This document shows positions 26,025 to 35,142 of a DNA stretch of 64,000 nucleotides, one piece after another (positions within the stretch are counted from its first letter, which is position 1; every line of letters begins with the position of its first letter). The stretch comes from Christensenella sp. UBA6880 (GTDB lineage: Bacteria > Bacillota > Clostridia > Christensenellales > CAG-917): the NCBI GenBank assembly GCA_002449145.1, contig DKCG01000023.1, positions 237-64,236 on the forward strand. The letters run 5' to 3'. The position numbers and the translations under genes are program-made. Under the pieces are notes generated by a model, which saw nothing but the letters and a program-made list of their open reading frames with translations, had not been told where the DNA came from and did no database searches.

Positions 26025-26150
26025 TCGCCTAACTTTGGACGCGATTGACGCAAGCGTAGCAATCGCTATTCCGTCACTTCGTTCCTTACAGCACCCCTTG
26101 ACTGTCAACTCATTTACGATTAGTAAATTAGGGTTGCCGTATATCGGCGT
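26025..26150 (+). repeat. Degenerate type I fragment plus a separate apical-module-1 hairpin (copy C2)
   Basis: CGCCTAACTTTGGAC, stem GCGATTG/CAATCGC, then CAACTCATTTACGATTAGTAAATTAGGGTTG at 26106-26136. Confidence 0.65.
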
Positions 26151-26220
26151 TTAATGTGTTTACTTGCTTATAAAATCAACTCTATTTTTTTTGTTTTTAA
26201 TATTTATAATTCACATACAA

Positions 26221-26248
26221 ATTAAAAACGCGCATTATTTGCGCGTTT
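26221..26248 (-). terminator. Intrinsic terminator overlapping the rqcH stop codon
   Basis: Minus strand AAACGCGCA-AATAA-TGCGCGTTT followed by TTTTT; the 5' arm contains the last codons and TAA of rqcH. Confidence 0.7.
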
Positions 26249-27953
26249 CGAGGTTTTTGTGCGGGTTCGGTTCGGACACCATAGTTTTGTAATTGACGTA
26301 TATCACTTGCCCCGGGTGTCCGTCGGGTTTGCGTTTGACGTTGCGGCGTTCGGTGTAGTCCACTTCGCAAGAGGCTTGCTTGGTGCTTGCCGTTATTTCG
26401 CCTGCGATTTTCAGCACTTTGTTGGGGACTTGTCGTCCTTCCGTAACGATTATCGTATGCGAGCCGTGTTCGTTTTTAAGGTGCAGCCAAATATCGTTTG
26501 ACGAGGCGATTTTGAACGTCAATTCGTCGTTTTGGATATTGTTTTTGCCTCTGTAAATATAGAATCCGTCCACAAAATAAACGTAGGGCGGTTCGGCTTT
26601 TTCTTTGCGGATTTTGTTCTTTGCGGACTTCTTTTTCGTGCCGCCGAGCATAGTCAACTCTTGTTCGATTGCGACCGTATCGCTTTCGTAGGGTAGATTT
26701 GCGATTTCGTCCTCTATCGACTTGACGTATTCGAGCAAATTTTTGTCCTTTTCGAGTTTTTGGCTCACAAATTCTTTGGTGCGTTTGAGTTTGTTGTATT
26801 TTGCGTAGTATGCAGTCGAGTTTTTGGACGGCGAAAGGCGCAAATCGAGTGGGATTTCCACTTGCGAGTTGTCGTAATAGTTGGTGCAAACGAGTTTTTC
26901 GTCGCCTTTTTTAATCAGATAGATGTAGTTTACGATAAGTTCGCCCCAAAGTCTGAACTTGTCCATATCCTCACATTCGGCGAGTTTTTGAAGGTCTATC
27001 GCAATGTTTTTCTCGACTTTTTGGCGCAAGTGTTTTGCAATTGTGGCAAGCGATTTGAGTCTTGCCTTGTTGCGAATATCCTTGTCGCAATCGGTGAAAA
27101 GGGAATCGTACGCCTCGCTCATACTCTCGAAGCGCACGACGTTGGATTCCGTCGAATCGGCAAGCGAGCGATAGAGAATAGGATAAACTTCCTTGTTGTT
27201 TATAATACAAGGTTGAATTTGAATTTTCGGCTCGTTTGAGTACACGCTCGCAAAATCCTTGACGGCTTTGCAAAGGCGTTCTTTTTCGTTTGCGGACAGT
27301 TTTTCGACGTTTGAATTTACGTTTGCCCGAAGCAACAATTCTTCAATCGTCGCGCCCGAAAATCCCGATATATTGTCTTGTATGAATCTGTGCAAATCGC
27401 CGCCGTTGAAATCGTCAAAAATCGAAAAACAATCGGTTAGATAACTGATTTTCTTTTGTTCGACGGGCGAATACGGCACGCCGCGAAGCACGACGTGATT
27501 GCGCTCGACGTCGAGGGGAAGATGTTTCACCGCGTCGAGAATGACAAGGTTTTCGTCGGTGAAAACGATGTTCGAGTATCTGTTCATAATCTCGACGAAA
27601 AGATAAAAAGTCGCCTCGTCGCGCATTTCGGTTTTAGCGTCGAAACGAACGCGTATTATGCGGTCGTAATCGTATATCGAAACGTCGCCTATCGTTGCCG
27701 AAAGCAAGTATTTGCGAAGAAGCATACAAAGGTTCGGCGCGACTTGCGGACTCGTTTTTTTGCTTTTGGTTAGGTGAATACGGGGCGCGCCGGCGTTGCA
27801 GGACACGACAAGGCATTGATTTTTGCCTTTTGCGCGCACGAAAAAGCGCAACTCGTCCGCTTCGGGTTGCTGAATTTTGTCTATTCTTGCGCCGACAAGT
27901 TCCTCTTTGAGTTCCTTTGCGAGCGCACTCAATGCGAAAAGGTCGCTTCCCAT
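26235..27953 (-). CDS. rqcH: Ribosome quality-control protein RqcH (NFACT / FbpA family)
   Basis: 572 aa; NFACT-N domain, coiled-coil middle, NFACT-R (DUF814) motif DIWLHLKNEHGSHTII. Confidence 0.88.
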   Translation of the reverse strand: MGSDLFALSALAKELKEELVGARIDKIQQPEADELRFFVRAKGKNQCLVVSCNAGAPRIHLTKSKKTSPQVAPNLCMLLRKYLLSATIGDVSIYDYDRIIRVRFDAKTEMRDEATFYLFVEIMNRYSNIVFTDENLVILDAVKHLPLDVERNHVVLRGVPYSPVEQKKISYLTDCFSIFDDFNGGDLHRFIQDNISGFSGATIEELLLRANVNSNVEKLSANEKERLCKAVKDFASVYSNEPKIQIQPCIINNKEVYPILYRSLADSTESNVVRFESMSEAYDSLFTDCDKDIRNKARLKSLATIAKHLRQKVEKNIAIDLQKLAECEDMDKFRLWGELIVNYIYLIKKGDEKLVCTNYYDNSQVEIPLDLRLSPSKNSTAYYAKYNKLKRTKEFVSQKLEKDKNLLEYVKSIEDEIANLPYESDTVAIEQELTMLGGTKKKSAKNKIRKEKAEPPYVYFVDGFYIYRGKNNIQNDELTFKIASSNDIWLHLKNEHGSHTIIVTEGRQVPNKVLKIAGEITASTKQASCEVDYTERRNVKRKPDGHPGQVIYVNYKTMVSEPNPHKNLETRK

Positions 27954-28092
27954 ACGGTCAGTATAGTATTTTTTGCCGCTAAAATCAATAAATTACGTCT
28001 TTTTAGGTCTTTCTTTTTTCTTGTGACATCGAAAGATAAGGCGCGCAAGCGGCGAGAGAATAAAAACTCGCAATCCTATGCGACAAAATTAA

Positions 28093-28121
28093 TTGATTTT
28101 TAATAATATCTATGTTATAAT
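28093..28121 (+). promoter_or_regulatory. sigma-A type promoter of tig
   Basis: TTGATT, 17 nt, TATAAT. Confidence 0.6.
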
Positions 28122-28190
28122 CATTATCACTTGTTAAGAAAACATATATCCGCTAGGCAATGACTTTGCTCGTGCGGACTTGGAGGACAA

Positions 28191-29600
28191 ATGAACTACA
28201 CAGCAGAAAAGTTGGAAAAGAGCCAAGTTAAGTTCAACTACACGGTTGACAAGGACGCTTTCAACGCAGCAATCAAGCAAGCCTACGAAAAAACCAAGCA
28301 TAAATATGCGGTTCCCGGTTTCAGAAAAGGTCACGCACCCCAAAAGGTTATCGAGGGTATGTATGGTCAAGGCGTATTCTTCAGCGACGCCGTAAACGAA
28401 CTCATCGATTCTTCTTTGTCGGAACTCGAAAAGAGTGCGGATTACGATTTCGTAGCGGTTGACAGCGTTTGCGACGTTGATATGACCGAAGACGGCGGCG
28501 TAAAATATTCCATCGTTATGGTTGTCAAACCCGAAGTTACACTCGGACAATATAAAGGTCTTTCCGTTGCAAAGAAAGCGGTCAAAGTCACCGCAAAAGA
28601 AGTTGACGAAAAGATTGCTCAAGAGCAAGAAAAACAAGCGCGTCTTATCGACGTCGACACCGCAGCCGAAAACGGCAACACCGTCACGATTGACTTCGTG
28701 GGCAGCGTAAACGGGGAAAAATTCGAGGGCGGCAGCGCGGAAAACTATGATCTCGAACTCGGAAGCAATACCTTTATTCCCGGTTTTGAAGAACAACTCG
28801 TCGGCGTAAAAGCAGGCGAAGTGAGGAACGTCAACGTCACTTTCCCCGAAAACTACCAAGCGGAACAACTCGCGGGCAAAGAAGCGGTGTTCGAGTGCAC
28901 GGTTAAAGCGGTCAAAGTCAAAGAACTTCCCGCAATCGACGACGAATTCGTGAAAGAAGTTTCCGAATTCAACACTCTTGCAGAGTACAAAGCGGACATC
29001 AAGGCAAACCTCACAAAAGAAGCCGAAGAAAAGGCAGAGCGTGATCTCGAAGACGAAATCGTAGAGAAGATCGTCGACGCGTCCACCGTCGAAATTCCGC
29101 AAGCAATGATCGATCACGAAGCGGAAGATATGGTTCACGAATTTGAATATCGTCTTATGTATCAAGGCTTGAAACTCGACGATTATCTCAAATATCTCAA
29201 TATGACCAGAGAGCAACTCGAAGATCAATACAAAGATCAAGCGCAAAAGACAGTTAAAGTACGTCTCGTTATGGAAGCGCTCATCAAAGCGGAAGATCTC
29301 AAGATCGAAGACAAGGACATCGACGAAAAGCTCGAGAAATTCGCAAGCGATTCTTCTCAAACCGTCGAGGAATTCAAGAAGACTTTGCACAAAGAGCAAA
29401 TCGATTATATCGTCAACTCTATTATGAACGAAAAATTGCTCGCATTCCTCGTAAAAGAGAACGTTGCGGCAAAGAAATCCACCAAGAAAGCCGAAGGCGA
29501 AGCGGAAGTCAAAGCCGATGACGCAAAAGTCGAAGAAAAGAAGCCTGCTGCCAAAAAAACAACCAAAAAGACAGCAAAATCCGCAACCGACGCAGAATAA
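28191..29600 (+). CDS. tig: Trigger factor
   Basis: 469 aa; ribosome-binding GFRKGHAP motif, FKBP-type PPIase middle, Lys/Ala-rich tail; upstream of clpP-clpX. Confidence 0.95.
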   Translation: MNYTAEKLEKSQVKFNYTVDKDAFNAAIKQAYEKTKHKYAVPGFRKGHAPQKVIEGMYGQGVFFSDAVNELIDSSLSELEKSADYDFVAVDSVCDVDMTEDGGVKYSIVMVVKPEVTLGQYKGLSVAKKAVKVTAKEVDEKIAQEQEKQARLIDVDTAAENGNTVTIDFVGSVNGEKFEGGSAENYDLELGSNTFIPGFEEQLVGVKAGEVRNVNVTFPENYQAEQLAGKEAVFECTVKAVKVKELPAIDDEFVKEVSEFNTLAEYKADIKANLTKEAEEKAERDLEDEIVEKIVDASTVEIPQAMIDHEAEDMVHEFEYRLMYQGLKLDDYLKYLNMTREQLEDQYKDQAQKTVKVRLVMEALIKAEDLKIEDKDIDEKLEKFASDSSQTVEEFKKTLHKEQIDYIVNSIMNEKLLAFLVKENVAAKKSTKKAEGEAEVKADDAKVEEKKPAAKKTTKKTAKSATDAE

Positions 29601-29798
29601 TCGATTGAAATTTTGTGTAGAATAAGAGTGCCGTTGCACTTGAAAACAACGTTTTAGGCTTTCCGCTTGCTTATCGCAGGCGGAAAGCGCATAAAATCGG
29701 CTTTTGCAATATCGAAAACTCGGAAATTTGCAAAAGCGCAAATCCGTCGCGAAAATCGGCTCTGAAAAATCCGTATATCGCGGCGAACGGAGGATATA

Positions 29799-30395
29799 AT
29801 GAACATCAGAAATCAACTTATACCCATGGTTGTCGAGCAAACCGGCAGAGGCGAACGCTCATACGATATTTACTCTCGCTTGCTCGAAGACAGAATCATC
29901 TTCCTCACAGGTGAAATCGACGATAGCGTTGCCGACCTCGTCGTCGCGCAACTCATATATCTCGAAGGCAAGGATTCCACGAAGGACATCAGCCTTTATA
30001 TCAACAGCCCCGGCGGCTCGGTTTCCGCAGGTTTTGCAATCTACGACACGATGAACTACATCAAGTGCGACGTATCCACGATTTGTATCGGTATGGCGGC
30101 TTCGATGGGCGCGTTCTTGCTTTCGTCGGGCGCAAAAGGCAAGAGATTCTCTTTGCCTAACGCAAAAATTATGATTCACCAACCGCTCGGCGGTGCGCAA
30201 GGTCAAGCGAGCGATATTGCGATTCAGGCAAACGAAATCCTCAAAACCAAAAAGCGTATCAACGATATTCTTGCTCAAAACACGTCGCAACCTCTTTCTA
30301 AAATCGAGGTTGACACCGACCGAGACTTCTATATGAACGCCGAAGAAGCGGAAAAATACGGTCTTGTCGACAAAATCTTTTATTCTAGAAAGTAA
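29799..30395 (+). CDS. clpP: ATP-dependent Clp protease proteolytic subunit
   Basis: 198 aa; catalytic region [18 protein letters not shown]; RBS GGAGGA. Confidence 0.97.
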   Translation: MNIRNQLIPMVVEQTGRGERSYDIYSRLLEDRIIFLTGEIDDSVADLVVAQLIYLEGKDSTKDISLYINSPGGSVSAGFAIYDTMNYIKCDVSTICIGMAASMGAFLLSSGAKGKRFSLPNAKIMIHQPLGGAQGQASDIAIQANEILKTKKRINDILAQNTSQPLSKIEVDTDRDFYMNAEEAEKYGLVDKIFYSRK

Positions 30396-30485
30396 AGAGC
30401 AAAAATAACGATACGAGAATACGCCTCGTTTGCGCCGCGGACGAAGCGGGCAGAAATCTGCCAAACAAGGAGTATAATCAAGTAT

Positions 30486-31742
30486 ATGGAAAACTATCAT
30501 AAAGAACAACATTGCAGTTTTTGCGGCAGGGGCGCAAGCGAGGTTGAAAAAATCATCAGCGGCCCGAACGGCATAAATATCTGCAACGAATGTATCGACG
30601 AGTGCGTCTACTTGCTCGGAAAAGACGAAAAAACCGCAAACGACGGTATGAGTCTTTATACGCCCAAAGAGATAAAAGAGAAACTCGACGAATACATTAT
30701 CGGTCAGGACAGCGCAAAACGCGTATTGTCCGTTGCCGTGTACAATCACTACAAGCGTATAAATCAAATGCGCTCCAAGTCCAACGACGACGTCGTAATC
30801 GAAAAGAGCAACGTGCTTTTGCTCGGTCCTACGGGTTCGGGTAAAACCTTGCTTGCAAAAACGCTTGCGCAAATTCTCAACGTGCCTTTTGCGGTTGCGG
30901 ACGCAACGACGCTCACCGAAGCGGGTTACGTAGGCGAGGACGTCGAAAATATCCTTTTGAAACTCATTCAATCGGCAAACGGCGATTTGAAGCGCGCCGA
31001 AATCGGCATCGTGTACATCGACGAAATCGACAAAATCGCAAAGAAAGGCGAAAACGTGTCCATTACGCGCGACGTAAGCGGTGAAGGCGTGCAACAAGCG
31101 TTGCTCAAAATAATCGAAGGTACGGTTGCAAACGTTCCGCCTCAAGGCGGAAGAAAGCACCCCAATCAAGAGTGCTATCAACTCGATACGACGAATATCT
31201 TGTTCCTTTGCGGCGGCGCATTCGTGGATTTGGACAAGATTATCGACCAAAGAAAGGACAATTCAAAACTCGGTTTCGGCTCTGCCGTAAAAGGCACCGT
31301 CGATTATCGTTACGACGAACTTATCAAAGCGTTGCAACCCGCCGACCTCATCAAATACGGTCTTATCCCCGAATTTGTCGGTCGTGTGCCTATCGTAGTT
31401 GGTTTGAACGCGCTTGACGAGAACGCGCTCGTGAAAATCCTTTCCGAGCCGAAGAACGCACTCGTAAAGCAATACAAATATCAATTTGCCCTCGACGGCG
31501 TTACGCTCGAATTCGAGGACGACGCGTTGAGAGCGGTTGCGGCAAAGGCAATTCAACTCAACACCGGCGCAAGAGGATTGAGAGCAATTCTCGAAGACGT
31601 GTTGCTCGAACTTATGTTTGAGATTCCGTCCGAGAAAGACATCGAGAAAGTTATCGTCACAAAGGCTTCCATCGACAAGACGGAAAAGCCTATCGTGGTG
31701 AGAAAACAAATCGAAGAAAAAACAACAGATTGTATCGCATAA
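30486..31742 (+). CDS. clpX: ATP-dependent Clp protease ATP-binding subunit ClpX
   Basis: 418 aa; N-terminal zinc-binding CSFCG...CNEC, Walker A GPTGSGKT, Walker B VYIDEIDK. Confidence 0.97.
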   Translation: MENYHKEQHCSFCGRGASEVEKIISGPNGINICNECIDECVYLLGKDEKTANDGMSLYTPKEIKEKLDEYIIGQDSAKRVLSVAVYNHYKRINQMRSKSNDDVVIEKSNVLLLGPTGSGKTLLAKTLAQILNVPFAVADATTLTEAGYVGEDVENILLKLIQSANGDLKRAEIGIVYIDEIDKIAKKGENVSITRDVSGEGVQQALLKIIEGTVANVPPQGGRKHPNQECYQLDTTNILFLCGGAFVDLDKIIDQRKDNSKLGFGSAVKGTVDYRYDELIKALQPADLIKYGLIPEFVGRVPIVVGLNALDENALVKILSEPKNALVKQYKYQFALDGVTLEFEDDALRAVAAKAIQLNTGARGLRAILEDVLLELMFEIPSEKDIEKVIVTKASIDKTEKPIVVRKQIEEKTTDCIA

Positions 31743-31748
31743 CAAACG

Positions 31749-31776
31749 AAAATAGCGCATCTAATGCGCTATTTTT
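31749..31776 (+). terminator. Intrinsic terminator after clpX
   Basis: AATAGCGCAT-CTA-ATGCGCTATT followed by TTTT. Confidence 0.75.
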
Positions 31777-31823
31777 ATAGTTTTTGCGTCGAAAACGACG
31801 TCAAAAACGGCAGAGAATAACAG

Positions 31824-32435
31824 GTGCAAAAGATGATAAAACAAGCAAAATTCGTAACGTCCGTCGCAGACGCGAGCAAGTTGCCCGACTACGGCGTGCC
31901 CGAAATCGCGATTGCGGGCAAATCCAACGTCGGCAAGTCCTCGTTTATCAATTTTATGGTGAACCAAAACAAACTTGCCAAGACCTCGCAAGAACCCGGC
32001 AGAACTCGTTTGCTCAACTATTTCGAGATAAACAACGGCGAGTATTATTTCGTTGACCTTCCCGGATACGGCTATGCGAAAGTAAACAAGCAAGAAAAGC
32101 AAAAGTGGGGCGGACTTATCGAAAACTATTTGCGCACGAGCAATCGCCTCATAAACGTGTTCGTGCTTGTCGATATGCGCCACGAACCAACCGACGACGA
32201 TAAAATGCTTATCAACTATTTGTACTCATACAATATTCCTTTTACGATTATAGCAACGAAAGCGGACAAACTCTCAAGAGCGCAACAACAAAAGTGTTTG
32301 AGCGTCATTGCAACTGCTCTTTGCGTCGGGACGAAAGATATTCTCGTCACGTCGGCGTCTGCAAAAACGGGTAAGGAAAACGTACTAACTAGAATAGAAA
32401 CGTTGCTTGCCAATGCCAAGCAAATTAATAATTAA
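31824..32435 (+). CDS. engB: Ribosome biogenesis GTPase EngB/YsxC
   Basis: 203 aa; G1 GKSNVGKSS, G3 DLPGYG, G4 TKADK. GTG start at 31824; an ATG at 31833 is also possible. Confidence 0.92.
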   Translation: MQKMIKQAKFVTSVADASKLPDYGVPEIAIAGKSNVGKSSFINFMVNQNKLAKTSQEPGRTRLLNYFEINNGEYYFVDLPGYGYAKVNKQEKQKWGGLIENYLRTSNRLINVFVLVDMRHEPTDDDKMLINYLYSYNIPFTIIATKADKLSRAQQQKCLSVIATALCVGTKDILVTSASAKTGKENVLTRIETLLANAKQINN

Positions 32436-32476
32436 TAATTGAGGGCGGGGTTTTGACCCCGCACCCCAAAAGAAAA

Positions 32477-32514
32477 TAACGCTTGCAAACAAAGTTTTGC
32501 AAGCGTTACTTTTT
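32477..32514. terminator. Bidirectional intrinsic terminator
   Basis: TAACGCTTGCAAA-CAAAGT-TTTGCAAGCGTTA followed by CTTTTT; between convergent engB and the 238-aa phosphoesterase gene. Confidence 0.75.
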
Positions 32515-32598
32515 ATAATATATCAACATATTTTTTTAATTTTTACTCTAAAAATCGATAAATTTTAGAATACTTTGGTCAAAAATACGTCTGTTTAG

Positions 32599-33315
32599 TT
32601 ATATTTCACACACTTCTATGAGTTTGTTGTCAACAAGGTCGCAAGACGTTAAGATATAGGTTATGCCGTGCTTTTTGAGTGTCGGCGTTACCCTTGCACT
32701 CTTGCCGTGCAAGTGTCCGTACAGCACGACGTTCACGCCGTATTTTTCAAGAAGCGCGGTAACTTCGGTGTCTTGATAAGTTGCTTCAAACGGCGGATAG
32801 TGAAGCATCGCGATGAGAACGTCGCCTTCTTTTTGCATAGTTTTTGCGTAGGACAAAGAAAGTTCGAGGCGTATCAATTCTCTTTTGTAAATTTTCAAAT
32901 CCTCTTCTGCCGTGTCCTTTTGCGGAATATTCCAACCGCGAGAGCCGGCGATGACAACCGCTTTTTGCGGATTGCTTTCCGATTCCACTCTATACGCGTT
33001 GTTTTGAATGAAGTTGAAAGTGGGGAATGTCGCGCGCATTTTGCCGAGCGAGCCCCAGTAATAGTCGTGATTGCCCTTTACGACGTACTTTTTGCCTTTG
33101 AGTTTCGCAATTTCGTCGTAGTCGGGTTTTGCTTGTTCGATTGTCAATCCCCACGACATATCGCCACCAAGCAAAACGAGGTCGCCGTCGGCAACCTTTC
33201 GCTCCCAATCCTCGCTGATTTTTGCGAAGTGGTTTTGCCAGCCGTCGCCGAAAATATCCATAGGTTTTTCGACGGCAGAGGATAGATGTAAATCGCTTAT
33301 TGCAAAAACTTTCAT
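32599..33315 (-). CDS. Metallophosphoesterase (calcineurin-like)
   Basis: 238 aa; motifs SDLHL, GGDMSW, GNHDYYW, LHYPP, GHLHG. Confidence 0.82.
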   Translation of the reverse strand: MKVFAISDLHLSSAVEKPMDIFGDGWQNHFAKISEDWERKVADGDLVLLGGDMSWGLTIEQAKPDYDEIAKLKGKKYVVKGNHDYYWGSLGKMRATFPTFNFIQNNAYRVESESNPQKAVVIAGSRGWNIPQKDTAEEDLKIYKRELIRLELSLSYAKTMQKEGDVLIAMLHYPPFEATYQDTEVTALLEKYGVNVVLYGHLHGKSARVTPTLKKHGITYILTSCDLVDNKLIEVCEI

Positions 33316-33574
33316 ATGGATAATATATCATATAAATTATTATTTATCAATTATTGACGTGAAATCGAAAAAATACGAATGAAAAAATGCGGAACAGCAA
33401 AAAGCGTGATATGCCGTAGAATTGGGATAATGAGAGAGCGTGTGCAAATTGTGAAAACTCGATAAATCGGAAAACGGCAGAATGAAAATAAGCGGCTGAA
33501 TTTTGACGAGTGACAAATCATAAAAAATCATAGAAGAAATGAAACGTTTTTGATAATCAAACTACGGATTTTGT

Positions 33575-33603
33575 AAAAGGCGCGGAATTTTTCCGCGCCT
33601 TTT
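33575..33603. terminator. Bidirectional intrinsic terminator
   Basis: AAAAGGCGCGGAA-TTT-TTCCGCGCCTTTT; downstream of the minus-strand 210-aa gene. Confidence 0.8.
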
Positions 33604-33650
33604 AAGTCAATTCGATTATATCGAATTGTATGTTCAATCACCCTTATTCG

Positions 33651-34283
33651 TCAAGACGGGAATAAGGGCAAATCGAACACGCCTTGACAAGCGTCTTGGC
33701 TGAATTCCGTGCAGGGCGGAATCTTACAGTAGCCGTATGACGGTACGAGAAGATTGACGGGTGCTTGCACGCTGAGAATGACAGTAACGCAACAAGTTAT
33801 CGAGAACGTGTAGTCGCTCACGTAAGTACCTCTCGGCGAAGCCATATTGACGGTTGCCGCGATGACGGGCGAAATTACGCTGCCCGACGGCACGCACATA
33901 ACCACGTCTTGGGCGATACTCACGGTGCTCGTGCCCGTGCCTGCAACGCCGTTTGCATCGGTGTAGGCGATTTGAACGGGTATCGAAATCGTTGCGGTTA
34001 CTCTTGAAAGTCCCGCTCTGTCGGCAATCGGGGTTATCGTGAGGGCGGTAATCGTGCCGACCGACGAGGTTGACGAGCCGCTGACGAAGGTGAGCGGAAG
34101 CGTGGGGTTTGCAGGCGAAATGTTCGTGAGAGTCACCGTTGAATCTATGCTTGTCTGCATCATACAGGCGTCGAAGATTTTGGTGGTCTGGATGCAAACT
34201 TTTTCACACAAGCCGTTCATCGGATTGCCGTTGATGTTCCCGGGACATCTGTCTATTGTAGAGTTGTTGTTGCAAAAAGACAT
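33651..34283 (-). CDS. Cys-flanked, Thr/Ser/Val-rich beta-type protein (possible spore surface/coat component)
   Basis: 210 aa from ATG 34283 (perfect RBS AAGGAGGTAAAAAG; the ORF track extends to 34382). Cys-rich N-terminal (CNNN..C..C..C..C) and C-terminal (CC..C..C..C) ends around a low-complexity beta core. No family recognised. Confidence 0.6.
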   Translation of the reverse strand: MSFCNNNSTIDRCPGNINGNPMNGLCEKVCIQTTKIFDACMMQTSIDSTVTLTNISPANPTLPLTFVSGSSTSSVGTITALTITPIADRAGLSRVTATISIPVQIAYTDANGVAGTGTSTVSIAQDVVMCVPSGSVISPVIAATVNMASPRGTYVSDYTFSITCCVTVILSVQAPVNLLVPSYGYCKIPPCTEFSQDACQGVFDLPLFPS

Positions 34284-34309
34284 CTTTTTACCTCCTTTTA
34301 TATTTGCCA

Positions 34310-34336
34310 CAATATATGCGAGATGAGATTTTTTGT
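34310..34336 (-). promoter_or_regulatory. Possible sigma-K type promoter for the Cys-flanked protein gene
   Basis: Minus strand AC, 16 nt, CATATATTG versus the sigma-K consensus AC-N16/17-CATANNNTA; about 25 nt upstream of the RBS. Confidence 0.3.
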
Positions 34337-34625
34337 TGCGAGCGGAAAATTTTTCTGATCGAAAAGCGGTATAAAGTGGCAAAAATCAACGAATGTGTAA
34401 CGGAAAAATAGGGGATAACAGACGTCGAATCGAGCGAAAATTTATAAAAATCTTGCGCGTTTTTATGGCAAAATCCACTGAAAAGACGGCTTTTGCGAAA
34501 GCGATTATACGGTGAAAATTGCGTTTTGCATATAGTTTACTTGTGAACATAATCAAAATTGCATAAAGTCTAAAATCTATACTAAATACTTGAAAAAATT
34601 TTGGGTCAAAATTGGAAAATTTCCG

Positions 34626-34654
34626 TTGACAAGTCGTTTATATTGTTATACAAT
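34626..34654 (+). promoter_or_regulatory. sigma-A type promoter of the dcw cluster (mraZ)
   Basis: TTGACA, 17 nt, TACAAT; followed by the GTGAAG GGTGAAG repeats. Confidence 0.65.
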
Positions 34655-34696
34655 AACAAGCGTGAAGGGTGAAGTGCCCTCAAAAAGGAAAAGCAA

Positions 34697-35140
34697 ATGC
34701 CGAAATTTATGCTTGGAAACGCTCGTCATCAACTCGACGAGAGAAATAGGTTCAGGATTCCCGTCAAGTTCCGCGAAGGGCTTGGCTCGAACCCGTATTA
34801 CCTTCCGGGCAAGAACGGTTGCTTGTACATCGTCCCCGAAGAAAGGTTCGAGGAAATGTTTGCACCTTTCATCAACCAAAATCCGTACACGTCGGACACG
34901 GACGAATTTACATCGACGGTGTTCTCGTTCAGCGGACCTCTCGAAGAAGACGCACAGGGCAGAGTTTCTCTCGACAAAAACATAAAAGAGAAATTCGGCA
35001 TCGACAAGGAAATGGTTTTCGTCGGAAAGGCAACTTACCTCGAAGTTTGGCCTGCAGAGGCTTGGGACGCGAGATACGGCGTGCTCGATCCGAGCAAGAT
35101 CGACAAGATGATTCAAGACCTCAAAAAGTACGGGGTGTAA
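34697..35140 (+). CDS. mraZ: Transcriptional regulator MraZ
   Basis: 147 aa; two SpoVT/AbrB-like repeats with (D/E)xxNR(F)xIP (DERNRFRIP) and DAQGRVSL; first gene of the dcw cluster. Confidence 0.95.
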   Translation: MPKFMLGNARHQLDERNRFRIPVKFREGLGSNPYYLPGKNGCLYIVPEERFEEMFAPFINQNPYTSDTDEFTSTVFSFSGPLEEDAQGRVSLDKNIKEKFGIDKEMVFVGKATYLEVWPAEAWDARYGVLDPSKIDKMIQDLKKYGV

Positions 35141-35142
35141 AA

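Noticed and set aside
8670-26150. Integron attC sites: the type I copies carry GCCTAAC/ACCTAAC (matches RYYYAAC) and a near-complementary GTTATGC/GTTATGT near the other end, with an unpaired spacer and a variable apex, at the 3' ends of ORFs
   Set aside because: No intI-like integrase or cassette array is present, and the upstream genes are ordinary housekeeping genes with their own promoters. The type II copies (GAATAAC/GTTCTTC) do not fit the R''/R' consensus. Long outer stems extend beyond the would-be R boxes into coding sequence, which attC sites do not do. I kept this only as a structural analogy.
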